DNA of 64,000 nucleotides from the NCBI GenBank assembly GCA_030704615.1, contig CM060731.1, forward strand, positions 5,022,001-5,086,000. Direction: 5' to 3'. The stretch comes from Takakia lepidozioides. Lineage: Eukaryota; Plantae; Bryophyta. Shown here in pieces: positions 37,728 to 51,555 of this stretch (position 1 is the stretch's first letter; every line of letters starts with the position of its first letter). Both the position numbers and the translations under genes were made by a program. Below the pieces are notes generated by a model. The model was not told where the DNA came from. It saw only the letters and a list, made by a program, of their open reading frames with translations, and did no database searches.

Positions 37728-39702
37728 CTATCAATTGCCAACATTCATTGCATGTAACAAGATCAGGTTATTTTTTCCTTGTCTTCCAAATACAACAGTA
37801 GTAAGAGAGGGTGATATGCGAGCGTTAAGACCCACATAATTCCTCCCAATCTAGCTCCACAATCTTCTTATTTTTATTTGTGAATACGGTTCAATTGCAA
37901 ATACATCACATTATCTGACTTCTGGGGGATATCCGAGTGACTATATGAGTGAGCGGACCCTTCATCTGATGCAATCATGTGCATTGTGTGTATATTAAAG
38001 GATTAGGATTATAGAGCCCATTTTAAGCAATGTGGTTGTTAACTGGAGTGTCCAACAACACATACCATTTTCATATTGTAATGAGAAATTTGTATGATAC
38101 TACATATTCTTTTACACCTATGACTTATCGCACCCAACTCTAAGAGCATGACATCCAAGCTTTGAAAACAAAGGAGTCTCAGAAGCAGACTAATCCACAG
38201 AAGAATATTGTTAGGGGGAATTAGAAGAAGGAAAATAAGCATGTTGATTCTGAGTCTGCCAATGGTGTTATCCAAGCCTCAACCTGATTGAACTTGTCTA
38301 AATGTGGAGAGTCAACACATTGTTCTCGCTCCTTGCAAGTGCCTATTCGCAAGTGTCTATCTACTGATGAAAGGCAAGGCCTTAGGTTGTCCATGCCAAG
38401 CATTGCAACCGCAATGGTATATTCTAAGAGCTTTGTGGTTGGCCGAACAATTTGTGTGAAGCTTCAACTTCACAAATAGGTTTCTAAGTTGCACAGTGAC
38501 GGGCCATATCGTTGCTCAGATTCTTCCTAGCATGTAGTATAAGTTGTTGTCTCAACATGCATCCATAGCCGAAATTCTATGAACTCTGTATATCTCTCAA
38601 GTGGTGTCATCCAAGGTACTCCTCACAAGTATCTATTTGCAAGTGCATATTTACTGATGAAATGCGAGGCCTAGTTACTGATTAGTTCTGGTGAGACGAT
38701 TGATTTGTTTGGATTGGCTTTATGTGGTGCTCACCTACATTTTCAAACTTTCTTTCATAAATTGTATCACATGTAGAGCATTTGGGATTTTTCCAATGGA
38801 AGGCTTTGTTCTTCGCTCAACTTGCAGAGCAGGATTTTCCTCTCATTGGTTTTTCATCCCATTTGCTCGAGGCCTGGTTCTTGTTATGTTTTCTAATCAT
38901 CACGCAGGAGCTTGCTTGCAAGTACAGTTGCAGGTTTCACATATGTGAAGAGCCTGATTCCTTGTGCTACTTTATACTACTTGAATGGATGGAAGATGAC
39001 TGTTAGGATGGAAGATGACTGTTAGGATGAAGACAGAGATGGTTAGCTGACATGATTATTGATGTTATCTTAAGTTGAAACAACTAGTTTAGTTTACGAT
39101 TAGCCTCGGTGACAGCTTGCATGGCATGTCATCTGGCTGAGATTTGGGGAACTTATAAGACACGACCATAAGCTGATCTGTTAGGGTTTTATGATCTATA
39201 CAAACTTGGGGATTTGGCTCACAGGGTCGGTGTTTTTGGTGATAACCCTATGAACTTGGTGTTGGATGGATGTTGGCTGGAGGTGTAGAGTGTGAATTGT
39301 TTATGTGATAGTTGAGTAGATTCTATATGGCAGATCCGGTTCCTCTACAGGAGATGCTACCTATTTAGCTACCAAATTACATACCCCTAAAATAGCTTAT
39401 CAATACAGAGGATAGGAATCACAAGTTCCCATTCAAAAAATTGAGAGATTTCAAATAAATTGAACTGAGAAATAAATTTCCATTAAATTTATTTGAAATT
39501 ATTTCGTTTTAATCCATTAATTAAGGAAGACAATATGAATAATGTAAGAATTCGATGGTTCTTGCAATTTGATGGTACTTTCGCTGGATTCCAGCAGCTT
39601 GGGCTCCTCAGGGGGGGGGGGCTGACAAATCCTCCCCACCCCTTCTTACATCGGTTTCACTATTCACTACTTGAAAATCCGAGTGGGTTTCATGTTGTGG
39701 TG

Positions 39703-39765
39703 GGTAGCGTGATGGTAAGGTAATAGCTTTGTCGGCGGTGAGGTTTTGGGTTCGATTCTTGATGG
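39703..39765 (+). other. Degenerate tRNA-like / SINE-head-like sequence
   Basis: A-box-like GTAGCGTGATGG and B-box-like GGTTCGATTC at tRNA-like spacing. No intact cloverleaf is evident. Confidence 0.35.
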
Positions 39766-39794
39766 GAGGCTCTTGTAGCGTGACCCGGTACTAG

Positions 39795-41298
39795 AAGAAC
39801 AAGAAAATAAGACTTCGGCCGAGGCCCGTGTAACTAAGAGCCGCTTCGCCTTGCGGCTACTTGCCCCTTTTCAGGGGTGGGCCCTACATTGTGAAAACCG
39901 GTGACAAGCAAGGAAATTGTACCCATGGTGCTAAGGTACCTATGGGGCCTACGGGGTACCCCATGGGTCCCAACGGATACCCAGAGGCGCCCAGGGCACC
40001 TAGGGAGCGGGAAGAAGGCTGGATTCGAGCTGTTGTTTGTTGGTGATGATAGCAGTGAGAGAACGGAGCGTGGTGAGGTGTATGGCTTCGAAGCATTTGT
40101 GGATAGAAGTGATAAGGAATTGAAAATTGTTTTGAAGTGCAGAGATGCTGGCATTATGGTTGTTCCCTCTGGTGCCGACAGTGATGAGAGTAAGTGGGCC
40201 TGTGGCCCATCCCCGCCGACGGATAACAAGGATGAATGGTGCATATTTTTGGCGTTTTTCGAGGATGGAGGAGCTGGGGAAGCGGTCATGGCAGAACGTA
40301 AATTCTATGAAATGTATGGTGATGGCTGGGGACGGTGCAGAGGGTGGGGGAGCGTTAACGGGAAGGCCCTGGACTAGGAGGATGTCCGGGCATAGTCTGG
40401 CGGGACATGTGCATGATGTGTGCGGTGGGCATATACAAGGATGTAGCCATGTAGGTACCGTATGGTCCGGAGGCCGGCCTTGGTAGGTGCCAACATTGAT
40501 GAGTGTAAACCATATAGTTTCATTACGTAGTAATAAGAGTTTATAGATATGCCATACGGCGTGGTTTTGTCTAGCAATATGAAGTCCGTGGATGAGGGGG
40601 TGGGACATTCGCTAAGAAGATGGGGCCAGGTATCGCGTGTTGAGTGGATGTGAGAGCAAAGTAGGCAATGCGGGGATGGAAATAGGGTTGGCCAGAAGGT
40701 GTGCTTGTGCTGATGGCCCATGTACTGGGCGTATCTAAATTTAAGTGTTTGCCGTATTTGTGCGTCAGATGCGGCTTTAGTGTTGCAAAAGTGGTTTGAC
40801 GGTTTATGGTGAAGGACAGTGGAGATGGTCCATTTTGGGATATGTAGTTTGGTGTGGTTGAGAGAAGCTGAGGCTTGTTTGTTGGCTTCTTTAGTAAGAG
40901 CATGCCCAGCAGGTGCTCTATCTGGCGTGCTATCATCAACATATGCGGCCGTCGAGATCGCGCATCCCCAGCAGCACCTTCACGCGCTTCAAAATGGTGA
41001 GCCTCACCAAAAATCGTTGCACTCCCGCGCTATCTTCCTGCCCTTTGGTGTGTGGCATTCTCCCCCGCTACCTACCGCTCAGCCGCACACGTAATGACGA
41101 GTGGCGGGGCAGGCGGCAGGGCCCACGGTCACCTCAGCCTGCGCCATTACTCCCCTTTGGTAAGGGTGCGTTGCTGCTAGGGCTCTTGCCAGCCGATGCG
41201 CTATCTAACTTGCCTGCGTCACCATATGCCTCACGAGCATAGTGATAGCGCGGCAGTTTAGTGAGCCTCTGCTGGGCATGCTCTAAGTGGAAGAAGGT
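39795..41298 (-). mobile_element. 5'-truncated non-LTR retrotransposon with CCHC knuckle and restriction-like endonuclease (RLE), flanked by a 14-bp TSD
   Basis: Direct repeat TGACCCGGTACTAG at 39781-39794 and 41299-41312. Minus strand: LKFRYAQYMG...CLLC....RDTWPHLLSEC / RQNHAV...LCPDILLV...IEFTFCHD...EKRQKY...ITVGTRG, matching CCHC, RHN, PD-(D/E)xK and K..KY motifs. The 3' end is T-rich (TTATTTTCTTGTTCTT). Confidence 0.82.
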
Positions 41299-41426
41299 TG
41301 ACCCGGTACTAGTATTCCAATCGGGGCAACCTCGGTCTCCCAAGTAACCCTGATTTTTCATGTAACTTTGGTTAGTCCATTTTATACTTAGCCAAATTTG
41401 GATAGTCAAATTTCGAGACCAAGTGC

Positions 41427-41570
41427 GAGTTACACCGAGTGGAGTTACACTCCATTCTGAGTATCCCCCAGTGGAGTTACACACCTCGTCGGGTAACCCA
41501 ATGTAACCCCAGTGGAGTTACACACCTTGTTGTGTAACCCAATGTAACCCCGACCGGAGGTTACACTCCT
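41427..41570. repeat. Short GAGTTACAC / GTAACCC repeat cluster upstream of UROS
   Basis: CCCCAGTGGAGTTACACACCT...GTAACCCAATGTAACCCC occurs twice, plus partial copies. Similar to the motif family in the 48-56.6 kb region. Confidence 0.7.
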
Positions 41571-41785
41571 TCAGTTCCATGAGGGTGGGGAAGATTTGAC
41601 ATGCCGGCATACCATTCTGTCAGAGGTAGCTCGTGTGCATTAAGTTCTTACATTATTCCTATTATGCTCTATCAATTAATTGATCAATTTTATTTGAATC
41701 GATGGAAGATGAAAGTTATTCCATGGTCGTTTGGTATTCCACAATCGGTTTTATCTCCCTGAGTTTGGCAAGAGAGGTGGCAGCT

Positions 41786-44700
41786 ATGGCGGTCCTGGCG
41801 CCCAAGCTGTGGATTCCCACTCCGACTGGATTTCTGAAGCTCAAATTTTCCTCAAGTAGCAGCGTCTCACTTCATAACGTCTCTTCATCACATGCGCTTG
41901 GGCAGGGTTTTGGATCGGGAAGGCCATGTGGGTCATGGAGATTGAGTGCTACAAATGGCAATGGCGATGGTGGAGTGGTAGCTACGAGTGTGGTTGTCAC
42001 CCGGGAGCGTGGAAAGAACGGAAAGCTCATGAAAGCTCTGGTAGGTATCTTAATCTCTAAATTATTATTAATTCATTGCAGAACAATTCTACTGCACATC
42101 AGCATAATGGGTAGAGATTCTACTCAATAGTCAGTTGCCGAGACAATGTCCCAAAATTCATACTTTTAGAGTTTGGAATTTGAAACCCCAGTTTGTGGAC
42201 AATGTCAATTTTGGCTGCAGTTTGGATAACAAGTGTTCCTGAGGATTTCAGTAGTGCAAGAGAGGCAATTGGAAAGCAGGGGGACTGAGTAAATGGAACA
42301 ATGCAGGGGGAGCGTGGCATCCAGTGTATTGAGCTTCCATTGATCGAACACAGAGATGCCCCCGACAGAGCCAAGCTTGCCCACACCCTCCGCGGTATTT
42401 GTGTTATCATTGTACTCTTTCTCTACATTTGTGACAGGTGGGGGCTATAGCACAAATGCTGGAATGAACAGTATTGTCCAGCATGATGTCTAAAGGAGCC
42501 GGCACATCAAACACTCAAATCCTTGTAAGCAGATTTTCATCAGCTGTGAGGAAGTGCTAGGAGATCTAGGGTGTGTCTCCCACACACTGCTGTACTAAAA
42601 TCTCAGAATTGGCATCAGGAGGGGTAGTATCTAGTTGGGTCTAAGCTTTTACGGTTGTGTCATAGCCAACTTCGGAGGCAATGGTGATTGAGTATGCCCT
42701 CTATACTATAAGATCCGTGGGAGATTCCATTGTCTATTCCGTGAAACCCAATCTCTCACTGAGGTCTTTTCCCTATGAAGATCAGAAATGCTTGGCAGCC
42801 TACCTGCACGAGGCATTCACCCTTAGACAATCACTCGAACAATAGTTCTTATCTCTGACTCTGGTTTCCTCTTTTCCCTCATGTTTTTCTTTCCATTTTG
42901 TCCCATAAGCTCTATGAGCTTTCCGCAGACGTTATAAAGCACCATTTCATTTCATTTTCATTTCTCCTCCCCCCCACGCAAACAAATTCTTATGAGTTCA
43001 TTCTTGTCTCCCCCACGTGACTGGAAGAGCAACCTCAGCAACATATGTCACACCAATTTCGGGTAGAGGGTAACCAGAAATCAATATTACTCCAAATGAA
43101 CCTGCAATCCAACCCTCTAGTCAGATTACCTTGTTGCATTTTGAGTGCTCGGTATGGCAACCTCATGAAAGGACGACTCAGTGGCAATGCAATTACAGCT
43201 ACTGGCAGATTCAGGTTTGTTAAAGTCATGCACCAATTTGGGAGTTAGAAACTCTGCTGCTTGAAAACCATAACCATCTTAGTATCCTGTGCTGTTAAGG
43301 TATGCCACATATACATTCCTGCATTTTTGTCCCTTTTGTCCTCTATCCATGTCTCTCCGTGTTCTTGTTTCTGCCCAATTTGCATTTGGGTCCATGCCCA
43401 GGGTCACAAAAATGGCAATGAAAAATTGTTGTCACACTTCCCACCTCGGGCCCTGTTTCCAAGTCTTAAATATGTTGTGGTCAAAAGATGAGGATATCAC
43501 GTTTCCACTTATTTGTACGTGCAGAGATGGAGTTTGACTGGATTGTTGTAACATCACCTGAGGCAGCTGCAGTCTTTGTTGACACCTGGAGGTAAGCCTC
43601 AATGAACTACATTTATGTTTCTCTCTTTGGTTATGGGAAAGCAAGACTGTGAATTCAGAAGTGGGCTTGCATTCAGACTGATTTGATTGGAGCTAAACTT
43701 GTACCAGAAAGTTCATTTAGGGGTGCAGGTTTCCCAAGAGTACGGATTGCTGTTGTTGGAGCAGGCACTGGGCAGGTCTTTGAGAACATACAGGAAGGAC
43801 AAGACCAGTTGCATGTTGCATTCAGGCCTTCAAAAGGTTCACTATGAAGTTGCCACCACTTTGAGTTGGTCATTTGAATTGTGCTGTGCTTGTAGGTCTC
43901 ATGGCAAGCATGGACCAGCCCCAAATGTTGGCACCTGTATTGGCTGCTTGCGTGGGGGTGGCAGCCAGTGATCTGGGCCTCATTGGAGCCTATTATGATC
44001 TTTGATAGAGCCACAAGCAAAGGGACACTAGAGAATCTCCCAGATAATGTCAAAGGGTGTCATCAATCATCTGTATGGGGAAAAACATTTTAGTGGCTCT
44101 TTAGCCCTCCTCCATGTTGACCCTGTGAGCCTGTTCCCCATATCTCACATCCATACAGTGCTGTGGAAGTGGGAAAGCCATTTCTCTTGGGAAGTCTCCT
44201 GGCTGTCTTTCCTTGATGTGAGAGAGAGCAGGAGATACTGGATTGTGTATGCTTCTGTCTTTCTCGACATCCTGAAGAAGCTTTCTCTCCTCTCTTAATG
44301 TGTTGAAAGCAGAGCAGGTTAGTAGACTAGTAGTGCTACGTTTGAGGGAGAGAGATAGATGCTATTTGTCTTGTCATGGAGTCCCTGTTGAGAATCACGT
44401 GATGGACTTTTTTAAGAATTGCATATTTTGACACAATTTTGATGGTGATGTTGTGAACTTGGGTGGGCAGCGACTGCGAGTGTGCTAGCAGCAGAGCTTC
44501 CAATGCTGAATGAGCGTGCTGGCCATGTTCTCTATCCGGCCTCCCTCAAAGCAAGCAATGATTTAGGTGCGACAGAAGGCTGTTAAAATGTCAATGAAGT
44601 CTGGAACAGAGATTGTTGGAATATGCTTGTTATGGACCTGAGACCTCTTCCCTGGTCTGGAGTCAGCTGAAAGATGGGAGGGAGGTGGCAGAATTGGCTC

Positions 44701-46712
44701 CTAGGGGATATAACCTCCCATAGTGGATGGGTTATCTGAGCATGGAACTGCCTTGGCTCTCCCATATATATTGACACCTCCCATGAAGACGATATTGGAG
44801 ATTTAGAAGATTCAAGAGACACACTTTAGCTGACCTTAAACAAGCAGACTTCAAGGGAGTTGAAATTGAGGTAAATACAGCATTCTGTCTGATTTAAAGT
44901 TGACTGTGGTGGGTTACAGAAACAAGTTTGGCGGATAGGGGCTTTCACGTGATGCGTCTAAACACCTACTCCACGGTGACTTTCTTTTTTCACTCCTCTC
45001 TATCTCCTTACTTGAATGTACTTTTTGTATAGTTCATGGAAGGATGTGCTATACATCGCTTGAATCGGTTGTTTGCATCTTCATTAAAGGTGCGTCTATC
45101 CAGACCAGCTTAGTACATGGCAGTTACTTGGTTCAGGCAAAGGATCAATGCACATGAGCTGGGCCAGTTTTAGCACATTCTCACAAACTATGAAGCTGTG
45201 GTCTGAGTTGTTTGGTGGCAAAGGTCAGGCTGAGGGCTACCAGGTGTGTCACAATCACCTGCACATAAGAGGACGGGGTTGTGACATATGCTCTGATCAG
45301 CAATTCAGCGGTCAAGCAGTCACATAATATTGGAGTGATTTGATGATGATCATGGTGACTGTAGTTACTAATAGCAACAGGAAGACCACAGGTCCTATGT
45401 GACAGTCAGGAGAGGCGTTATTGTAGGATGATGTTAGCCTGCACTGTTTGATTTGAAGGTCTGTAGTGTGTATCCCTCCTTGACATCCGGTACACACCTC
45501 ACCTCACTGACTAGACTAGTAGATTGTAGAGACCCTGCGCTGCCTGTTCCTCAGAGATGAGCACCTCAGCGACATTCACCTAACGGTCATCTCAATGAGT
45601 GTTGCAGGAGACTGTGAGTGGCCTGGATGAATCTGCAGTGGTGGCAGCGGGTGCAGCACCCGTGGTGACCTTTGCATCTCCCACAGCTGTCAAGTTAGTC
45701 TCTACACTTCTCTTTCCTGTCTCAAGGCTAACAGGGAGAGAGCTACTAGAGAGCTCTCAAAGAGAGTGGGAGATGTATACAGGGTTACCAATGAACTGAA
45801 TGATGGATAAAACAGTGATGTAGACACAACTATACTCTTGTTGATATGCCCCTGTGAACAGTGGCTAATGACATCCTAGCACATGTACAACCCCCCAGCA
45901 TGCTTTGTGGACTGGTAGTGGAATGTTCACGGACAGTACAAAATCACCATACTGGTTGTGCACAGCCAACCAAAAGATGGTGATGCTCTTGATCCAACTG
46001 TTGGGTTGAGGGGTGACATTTGATGTCATGCTTTTGGACTTTGCCTATCGCAGCCCACCTACCTGATACATGTGGCTGAAGTCACAGCCAAAGAACTAGG
46101 CAGAGCAGTAAGACGCAGGGACTAAATATGTGGAGGTTTCATGACCAGTGTATGCTGAACTCAAAGAAAGACAGTATTTTGATTGAATGGACTTTGTTGG
46201 ATCGGGGAAGGAGTGCAGGGCCTGGGTGGAACTGGTGGCAGGGGTGACAAGATGGAATGGTGCAGCTGCCTGCATTGGTAGCACATCTGCCTTGGCAGCC
46301 CAGAAAGCAGGGTTAAAGAAGGTCTTCTACCCAGAGAGCCCTGGACTTGATGGGTGATTCACCATAGCTCTCTTATATGTGCCAGTCTTTGTTTGTGGTT
46401 CCACAGATGTACCTATGCCTATTGCTTGATAGCTGGGGGATCCTAATCCTATTGGGTGGATTCTACCAGTAGGGTCGCGAGGTTACACCTGACCTATGAA
46501 ATTCACCTAAAATCTGCATAATTCTCTCACATTGCTGTGGGAACCTTGGTAATTGGATGCTGACATGTGAAGTTAGCCGCGCTGAGTTCAATTTTCTCTC
46601 CCCTCTTGTACCCTGCCTGCTCAGTGCTCACCAGTTGTAAGTGCATTGCAGGTGGGTGGACAGTATTTTGGAGGCCCTCCAGTCACAACTCCAAGATGCC
46701 ACTGTAGCGTGA
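41786..46712 (+). CDS. UROS: Uroporphyrinogen III synthase, chloroplastic; 9 exons 41786-42040, 42307-42394, 43525-43591, 43721-43836, 44471-44566, 44920-44975, 45608-45693, 46219-46353, 46652-46712
   Basis: Ser-rich transit peptide, then VVVTRERGKNGKLMKAL, ELPLIEH, FDWIVVTSPEAA, IAVVGAGTG, VLYPASLKA, RLNTYST, FASPTAVKAW, ACIGSTSA, YPESPGLDGWVDSILEAL. All introns are GT-AG and in phase, with no lesions. Confidence 0.96.
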
Positions 46713-47959
46713 AATTTCCACTTCAGCCGTACAAGTTCCTTTGTATACACACAGACTTTGTATTTTTTTGCTAGGTCTACGTTTTCGGAAGTCCTCCGGA
46801 TTCTAATCAGCTGCATGTATATTGGAAGACAATTGCAAAACAGCTCTAATGAATAAAGGATGTATGCAAGTTCCTTCATACCACACATGACATAAAATCA
46901 ACATTTTATTACATATGAAATTGCGTACTGAACCCACTTTCACATCTCTATACGGTATCTCATTTCAAAGTATTGTTTGTTTTTCATTTTTTATGTTTGT
47001 TTCATCTCTTTTAGGACTCAAAATCTGCGGAAATAGGTATAATTTCCGCGATTATGGGGCCTGGATGTTAGACTCATGTGAGCCAGGCGGACAAGGCTCA
47101 CGAATTGGCATTCTCCGTTTGTGGAATTGATGATTTTCTATTGGAGTGAAATTTGGCAGAAGAAAAAAACTAGCATAAGAGACATTGAAACACTAGAGCA
47201 ATTGTGTAAGCATAAAGATGTGGATGAATGATATTGTATCTTCATTGTACATATGATACTGCCAAAAGATGTCAATTTGCGTTCATTATAACCCTTATAT
47301 CATTGCACTGTCGTGTACAACAAACTGGACCGCCAAAAATATCAAATTATATCCATTATCATGACAGTAACCGGCAATATAAGACCATCAAATAGTCATG
47401 TCTAGATGAATAAGAATATTACCACTATACTTGTTGTGACCAAAAAAACAATAAAAAGATGTACAATAGATAGAAAGAAAAGAACTTTGACAAGTTGAAA
47501 GCTGAACATAGTTTTGGTTAAGGTTAGAATCGCTGAATTATTACTTGTTTTTTTTCAATCTTTATTTCATATCTTATTTTAATATAATGTGTTGAGTTCA
47601 ATTTTATGAACGACGTTATTGTATTTCAACCGTTCATATATATTGAATGATTGTTCTCATTATAATCTTTTACTAGTTTAAATTCTTTGGAATCCCGCAA
47701 CAAGCGCTATATATATATCTCGGAAGATAATAGGAATAATGTAAGAACTTAATGCGAGTGCGTCAGGACGGTCCATCCCTGACACCCGTACCGCCGGTTC
47801 TCCGCCTCCGGTAGACATCGAAAGGCAGCCGGCTGGGCTCGGTCAATCCCTCCCCACCCCCGCCCTCATCCCATCGGCGTCGTCGCCCTAGGCGCGTCGT
47901 CGCTGCTTGCGTCGTCGTTCTGCAACACCAGTCCGCCGCTTCCAGCAGTCCGCCAGTTC

Positions 47960-49490
47960 CCTGTAACCCCCTTGCACGTCAGTCCCTGTAACCCCCACCC
48001 CGGATTCAACCCTCACCCCCATGTAACCCTATGTAATTCCGCCGAGTGTAACCCACACCACCATGTAACCCTCTGTAACCCATGTAACCCCATGACCCTC
48101 TGTAACCCTCACCACCATGTAACCCTCTGTAACATCGCAGAGTGTCGCTTCCACCCCTATGTAACCCTCACTCCATGTAATCCTCTGTAACACCGCAGAG
48201 TGTCACCCTCACTCCATGTAACCCTCTGTAACACCGCAGAGTGTCACCCTCACCACCATGTAACCCTCTGTAACACCGTAGAGTGTCACCCCCACCCCTA
48301 TATAACCCTCACTACATGTAACCCTCTGTAACACTTTGCAACCCATGTAACCCTCTGTAATACCGCAGAGTGTCACCCTCACCCATATGTAACCCTCACT
48401 CCATGTAACCCTCTCTGACCCTCTGTAACCCTCACCACCATGTAACCCTATGTAATACCGCAAAGTGTCACCCTCACCCCTATGTAACCCTCACTCCATG
48501 TAACCCTCTCTGACCCTCTGCCCTCACCACCATATAACCTTCTGTAACCCATGTAACCCTCTGTAATCCTCTACAACCCTCACCAGGTGTAACCCTTACT
48601 ACCATGTAACCCTCTGTAACCCATGTAACCCTCTATAACACCGTAGAGTGTCACCCTCACCACCATGTAACCCTCCGTAACCCATGTAACCCTCTGTGAC
48701 ACCGCAGAGTGTCACCCTCATCCCCATGTAACCCTCTCTCCATGTAACCCTCTGTGACCCTCTATAACCCTCACCAGGTGTAACCCTCTGTAACACCGCA
48801 GAGTGTCACCCTCACCACCATGTAACCCTCCGTAATCCATGTAACCCGTTGTGACACCGCAGAGTGTCACCCTCATCCCCATGTAATCCTCACTCCATGT
48901 AACCCTCTGTGACCCTCTGTAACCCATGTAACCCTCTGTGACCCTCTATAACCCTCACCAGGTGTAACCCTTGTAACACCGCAGAGTGTAACCCTCACCA
49001 CCATGTAACCCTCCGTAACCCATGTAACCCTCTGTGACACGCAGAGTGTCACCCTCATCCCCATGTAACCCTCACTCCATGTAACCCTCTGTGACCCTCT
49101 ATAACCCTCACCAGGTGTAACCCTCTATAACCTATGTAACACCGCAGAGTGTCACCCTCCGTAACCCTCTGTGACACCGCATAGTGTCACCCTCATCCCC
49201 ATGTAACCCTCACTCCATGTAACCCTATGTGACCCTCTATAACCCTCACCAGGTGTAACCCTCACCACCATGTAACCCTCTGTAACACCACAGAGTGTCA
49301 CCCTCATCCCTATGTGACCCTCACTCCATGTAACCCTCTGTGACCCTCTGTAACCCATGTAACCGTCTGTAGCACCGCGGAGTGTCACCCTCACCCCTAT
49401 GTAACCTCACTCCATGTAACCCTCTGTGACCCTCTATAATCCATGTAACCCTATGTGACCCTCTGTAACCCACGTAACCCTCTGTAGCAC
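47960..49490. repeat. Complex minisatellite built from CATGTAACCCTC, TGTAACACCGCAGAGTGTCACCCTC and ACCAGGTGTAACCC subunits
   Basis: About 1.5 kb of shuffled subunits, all with TAACCC/TCACCC on the plus strand. Confidence 0.95.
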
Positions 49491-49659
49491 CGCCTCGTGT
49501 ACATCATACATGTGTAAACTATCCGACGGCCGAATGGAGGTTGAAATAGAGGCCGAAACCCTAATTTGCTCTCTCCATCCGTTTTTCAGATTCCTAGCTC
49601 GCGCGTTTTTTTGCTTTGGGGCATCAGCTTTCTACAATTCCCATGGCGCCCAATCGGCT

Positions 49660-50030
49660 TCACACATCAATGCAAAAGATTTGCAGTTCATTCAGTTCAG
49701 TATCGTCCTCCCAGCAATATACAAGACAACGCTTTCCGCGCAGCGATCCGTCAAATCTATTACTACAGTTTTCTCTACGACTGATACGATTGTCTCTATT
49801 CTTTTTCTTTCTCAATGTCATACTTGTTGTTTTGTCACCGTCCCCGATGGCTATGGTATTCCTGAGATCCGCATTAGGAAAGGGTTTTGTTTCTTTCGGT
49901 CTAGCCATGCAAGCATCCGCTCATTTGACGGGGTGCCCATTCACTCTCATCTCGTGTATCTTTTGTTCACACACCAGCCGGGGCAGCCTACTCATCGCTA
50001 TTATGGATGCAATACGTATCGAATCATGCA
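49660..50030 (-). pseudogene. Degenerate inverted paralog of the zinc-finger ORF at 50815
   Basis: ACMARPKETKPFPNADLR versus ACMARPKGTKPFPDAELK, preceded by a decayed CP..C.E.K....R.N.H segment. Confidence 0.7.
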
Positions 50031-50814
50031 TATTCTGCAAGCACTGTCAACCGGTTATATGTCTGATGGTTTATATGACTGCGTCACATGTGATATGGTT
50101 ACACATAGGGGGTTACACATAGGGGGTTACACGGTGTTTTCTTTCTCAATACATGGTGGCTTGGTAGACGGTTTAGTAATGAAGGTTTAGATGGGGTTGA
50201 CATGTTTGATGGGTTACGTGGATGTTGCGCTCGCGGAGCCACATAGGCTAGGGTTACACGGGTGGGGCGTTACATTGACCATGTTTACCTGGAGGTTGCA
50301 TACTAATGGTTTGATATGATAGGGTTACATCGATGTTGTGTTCGGGAGTCACATAGACTAGGGGTACGTGAGGTTGTGACGAAGGGTTATATCATATGTG
50401 GGTACCTGACGGAGGGTTACACTCGACATGCCTGGCATGCGGATAATGGCCGGTTTGTCGCACTCACAAGTGTAGGGTTACGGGTTACACTCCGCTATTC
50501 TGGGTGACACCGGGATTGCAACTCATACACGTGTGAGTCAGTGTGGATATAATTGATTGCAAGCCGTCAGATTTTAATGAACCGCCGTCTTTCGCTTATC
50601 CGACGTGCCTTACGGGTGACATCTAGCTAGCTTCGTTCTTCGTTCTTTGATCATTGTTCAGTTTTTCCCTTCTCGCAACCTTTCCTATTCTTCCTGCACT
50701 CCTTGCTGTGCGTGCTCCTTGCTTCGGAATTCTCTTGGTCTTGGTCTTGGTCTTGGTCTTGTCTTGTCTTGCTCTTGCTCTTGCTCTTCTCTGCTGTCAG
50801 TTTTTTCTTTTGCC

Positions 50815-51555
50815 ATGGCTGATTGTTATCTGTTCCCTGGAGAGGCTACTATTCCATTTGATCACTTGAAGAGGGATGGCGAACGAGTTCGCTTCTGGTA
50901 CACTGAGCATGAGCATGCTACAATGATCGCGTACTGCCACACCAGGTGTAGAGAGGCCAAGGTGGAGGGAGCAAAGGGCCGGCCTAAGTTCAAATGTCCT
51001 TATTGTGGGGAAGTAAAAGTAGATAAGAGCAGATTGAATCGGCATATTGTCGATGGAACGGCCGCATGTATGGCCAGACCGAAAGGAACAAAACCGTTTC
51101 CTGATGCGGAGCTCAAGCATGCGATGGCTGTTGAAAATGTGATGAATTATGTTCCAGCTTCTTCTGTTGATGCATATCATGCATGGATTCTGCAAAATAG
51201 GGTGGCTTTGGGTGAGATTGCAGATCCTATTGAAGTGCCTGCTATTGTACCTTCTTCGGCTACTTCTGCTACAGAGGTTCCATCTTCTGGTGCTCCTGCT
51301 GTTTCTATCCCTGGTCCTTCTGTTCGGCAGGTTTCTAACGAGAGAGACAAGCGGCGATTGAGCCCGCCTCTACCTGTCCCTATTGCAAAGAAAATCAACA
51401 TTGGAAACCGGGGAAACCGGAGCTCAAGGTTCATCTTGCGAAAGCGAACTCCAGGCTCAATCCTTTTGCTACCGCATGGCCTTATTCCTCAGTTCCCATT
51501 TCCGAATGTCAATATGAAGGGGTTTTGGCCGGCATTCCAAGAATTTGTTGCGTGA
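50815..51555 (+). CDS. TE-associated ORF with C2HC (BED-like) zinc finger; probably an exon of a decayed larger gene
   Basis: KFKCPYCGEVKVDKSRLNRHIVDGTAAC inside ORF 50647-51555, followed by a Pro/Ser/Ala-rich linker. Confidence 0.5.
   Translation: MADCYLFPGEATIPFDHLKRDGERVRFWYTEHEHATMIAYCHTRCREAKVEGAKGRPKFKCPYCGEVKVDKSRLNRHIVDGTAACMARPKGTKPFPDAELKHAMAVENVMNYVPASSVDAYHAWILQNRVALGEIADPIEVPAIVPSSATSATEVPSSGAPAVSIPGPSVRQVSNERDKRRLSPPLPVPIAKKINIGNRGNRSSRFILRKRTPGSILLLPHGLIPQFPFPNVNMKGFWPAFQEFVA

Noticed and set aside
39703-39765. Functional tRNA gene
   Set aside because: Only A- and B-box-like motifs are present; acceptor and anticodon stems cannot be formed convincingly.
47960-49490. Interstitial telomere or protein-coding repeat (the VTEGY-type ORFs)
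   Set aside because: Units are GTAACCC/GTCACCC composites, not (CCCTAAA)n or (CCCTAA)n. The short ORFs are by-products of the repeat.
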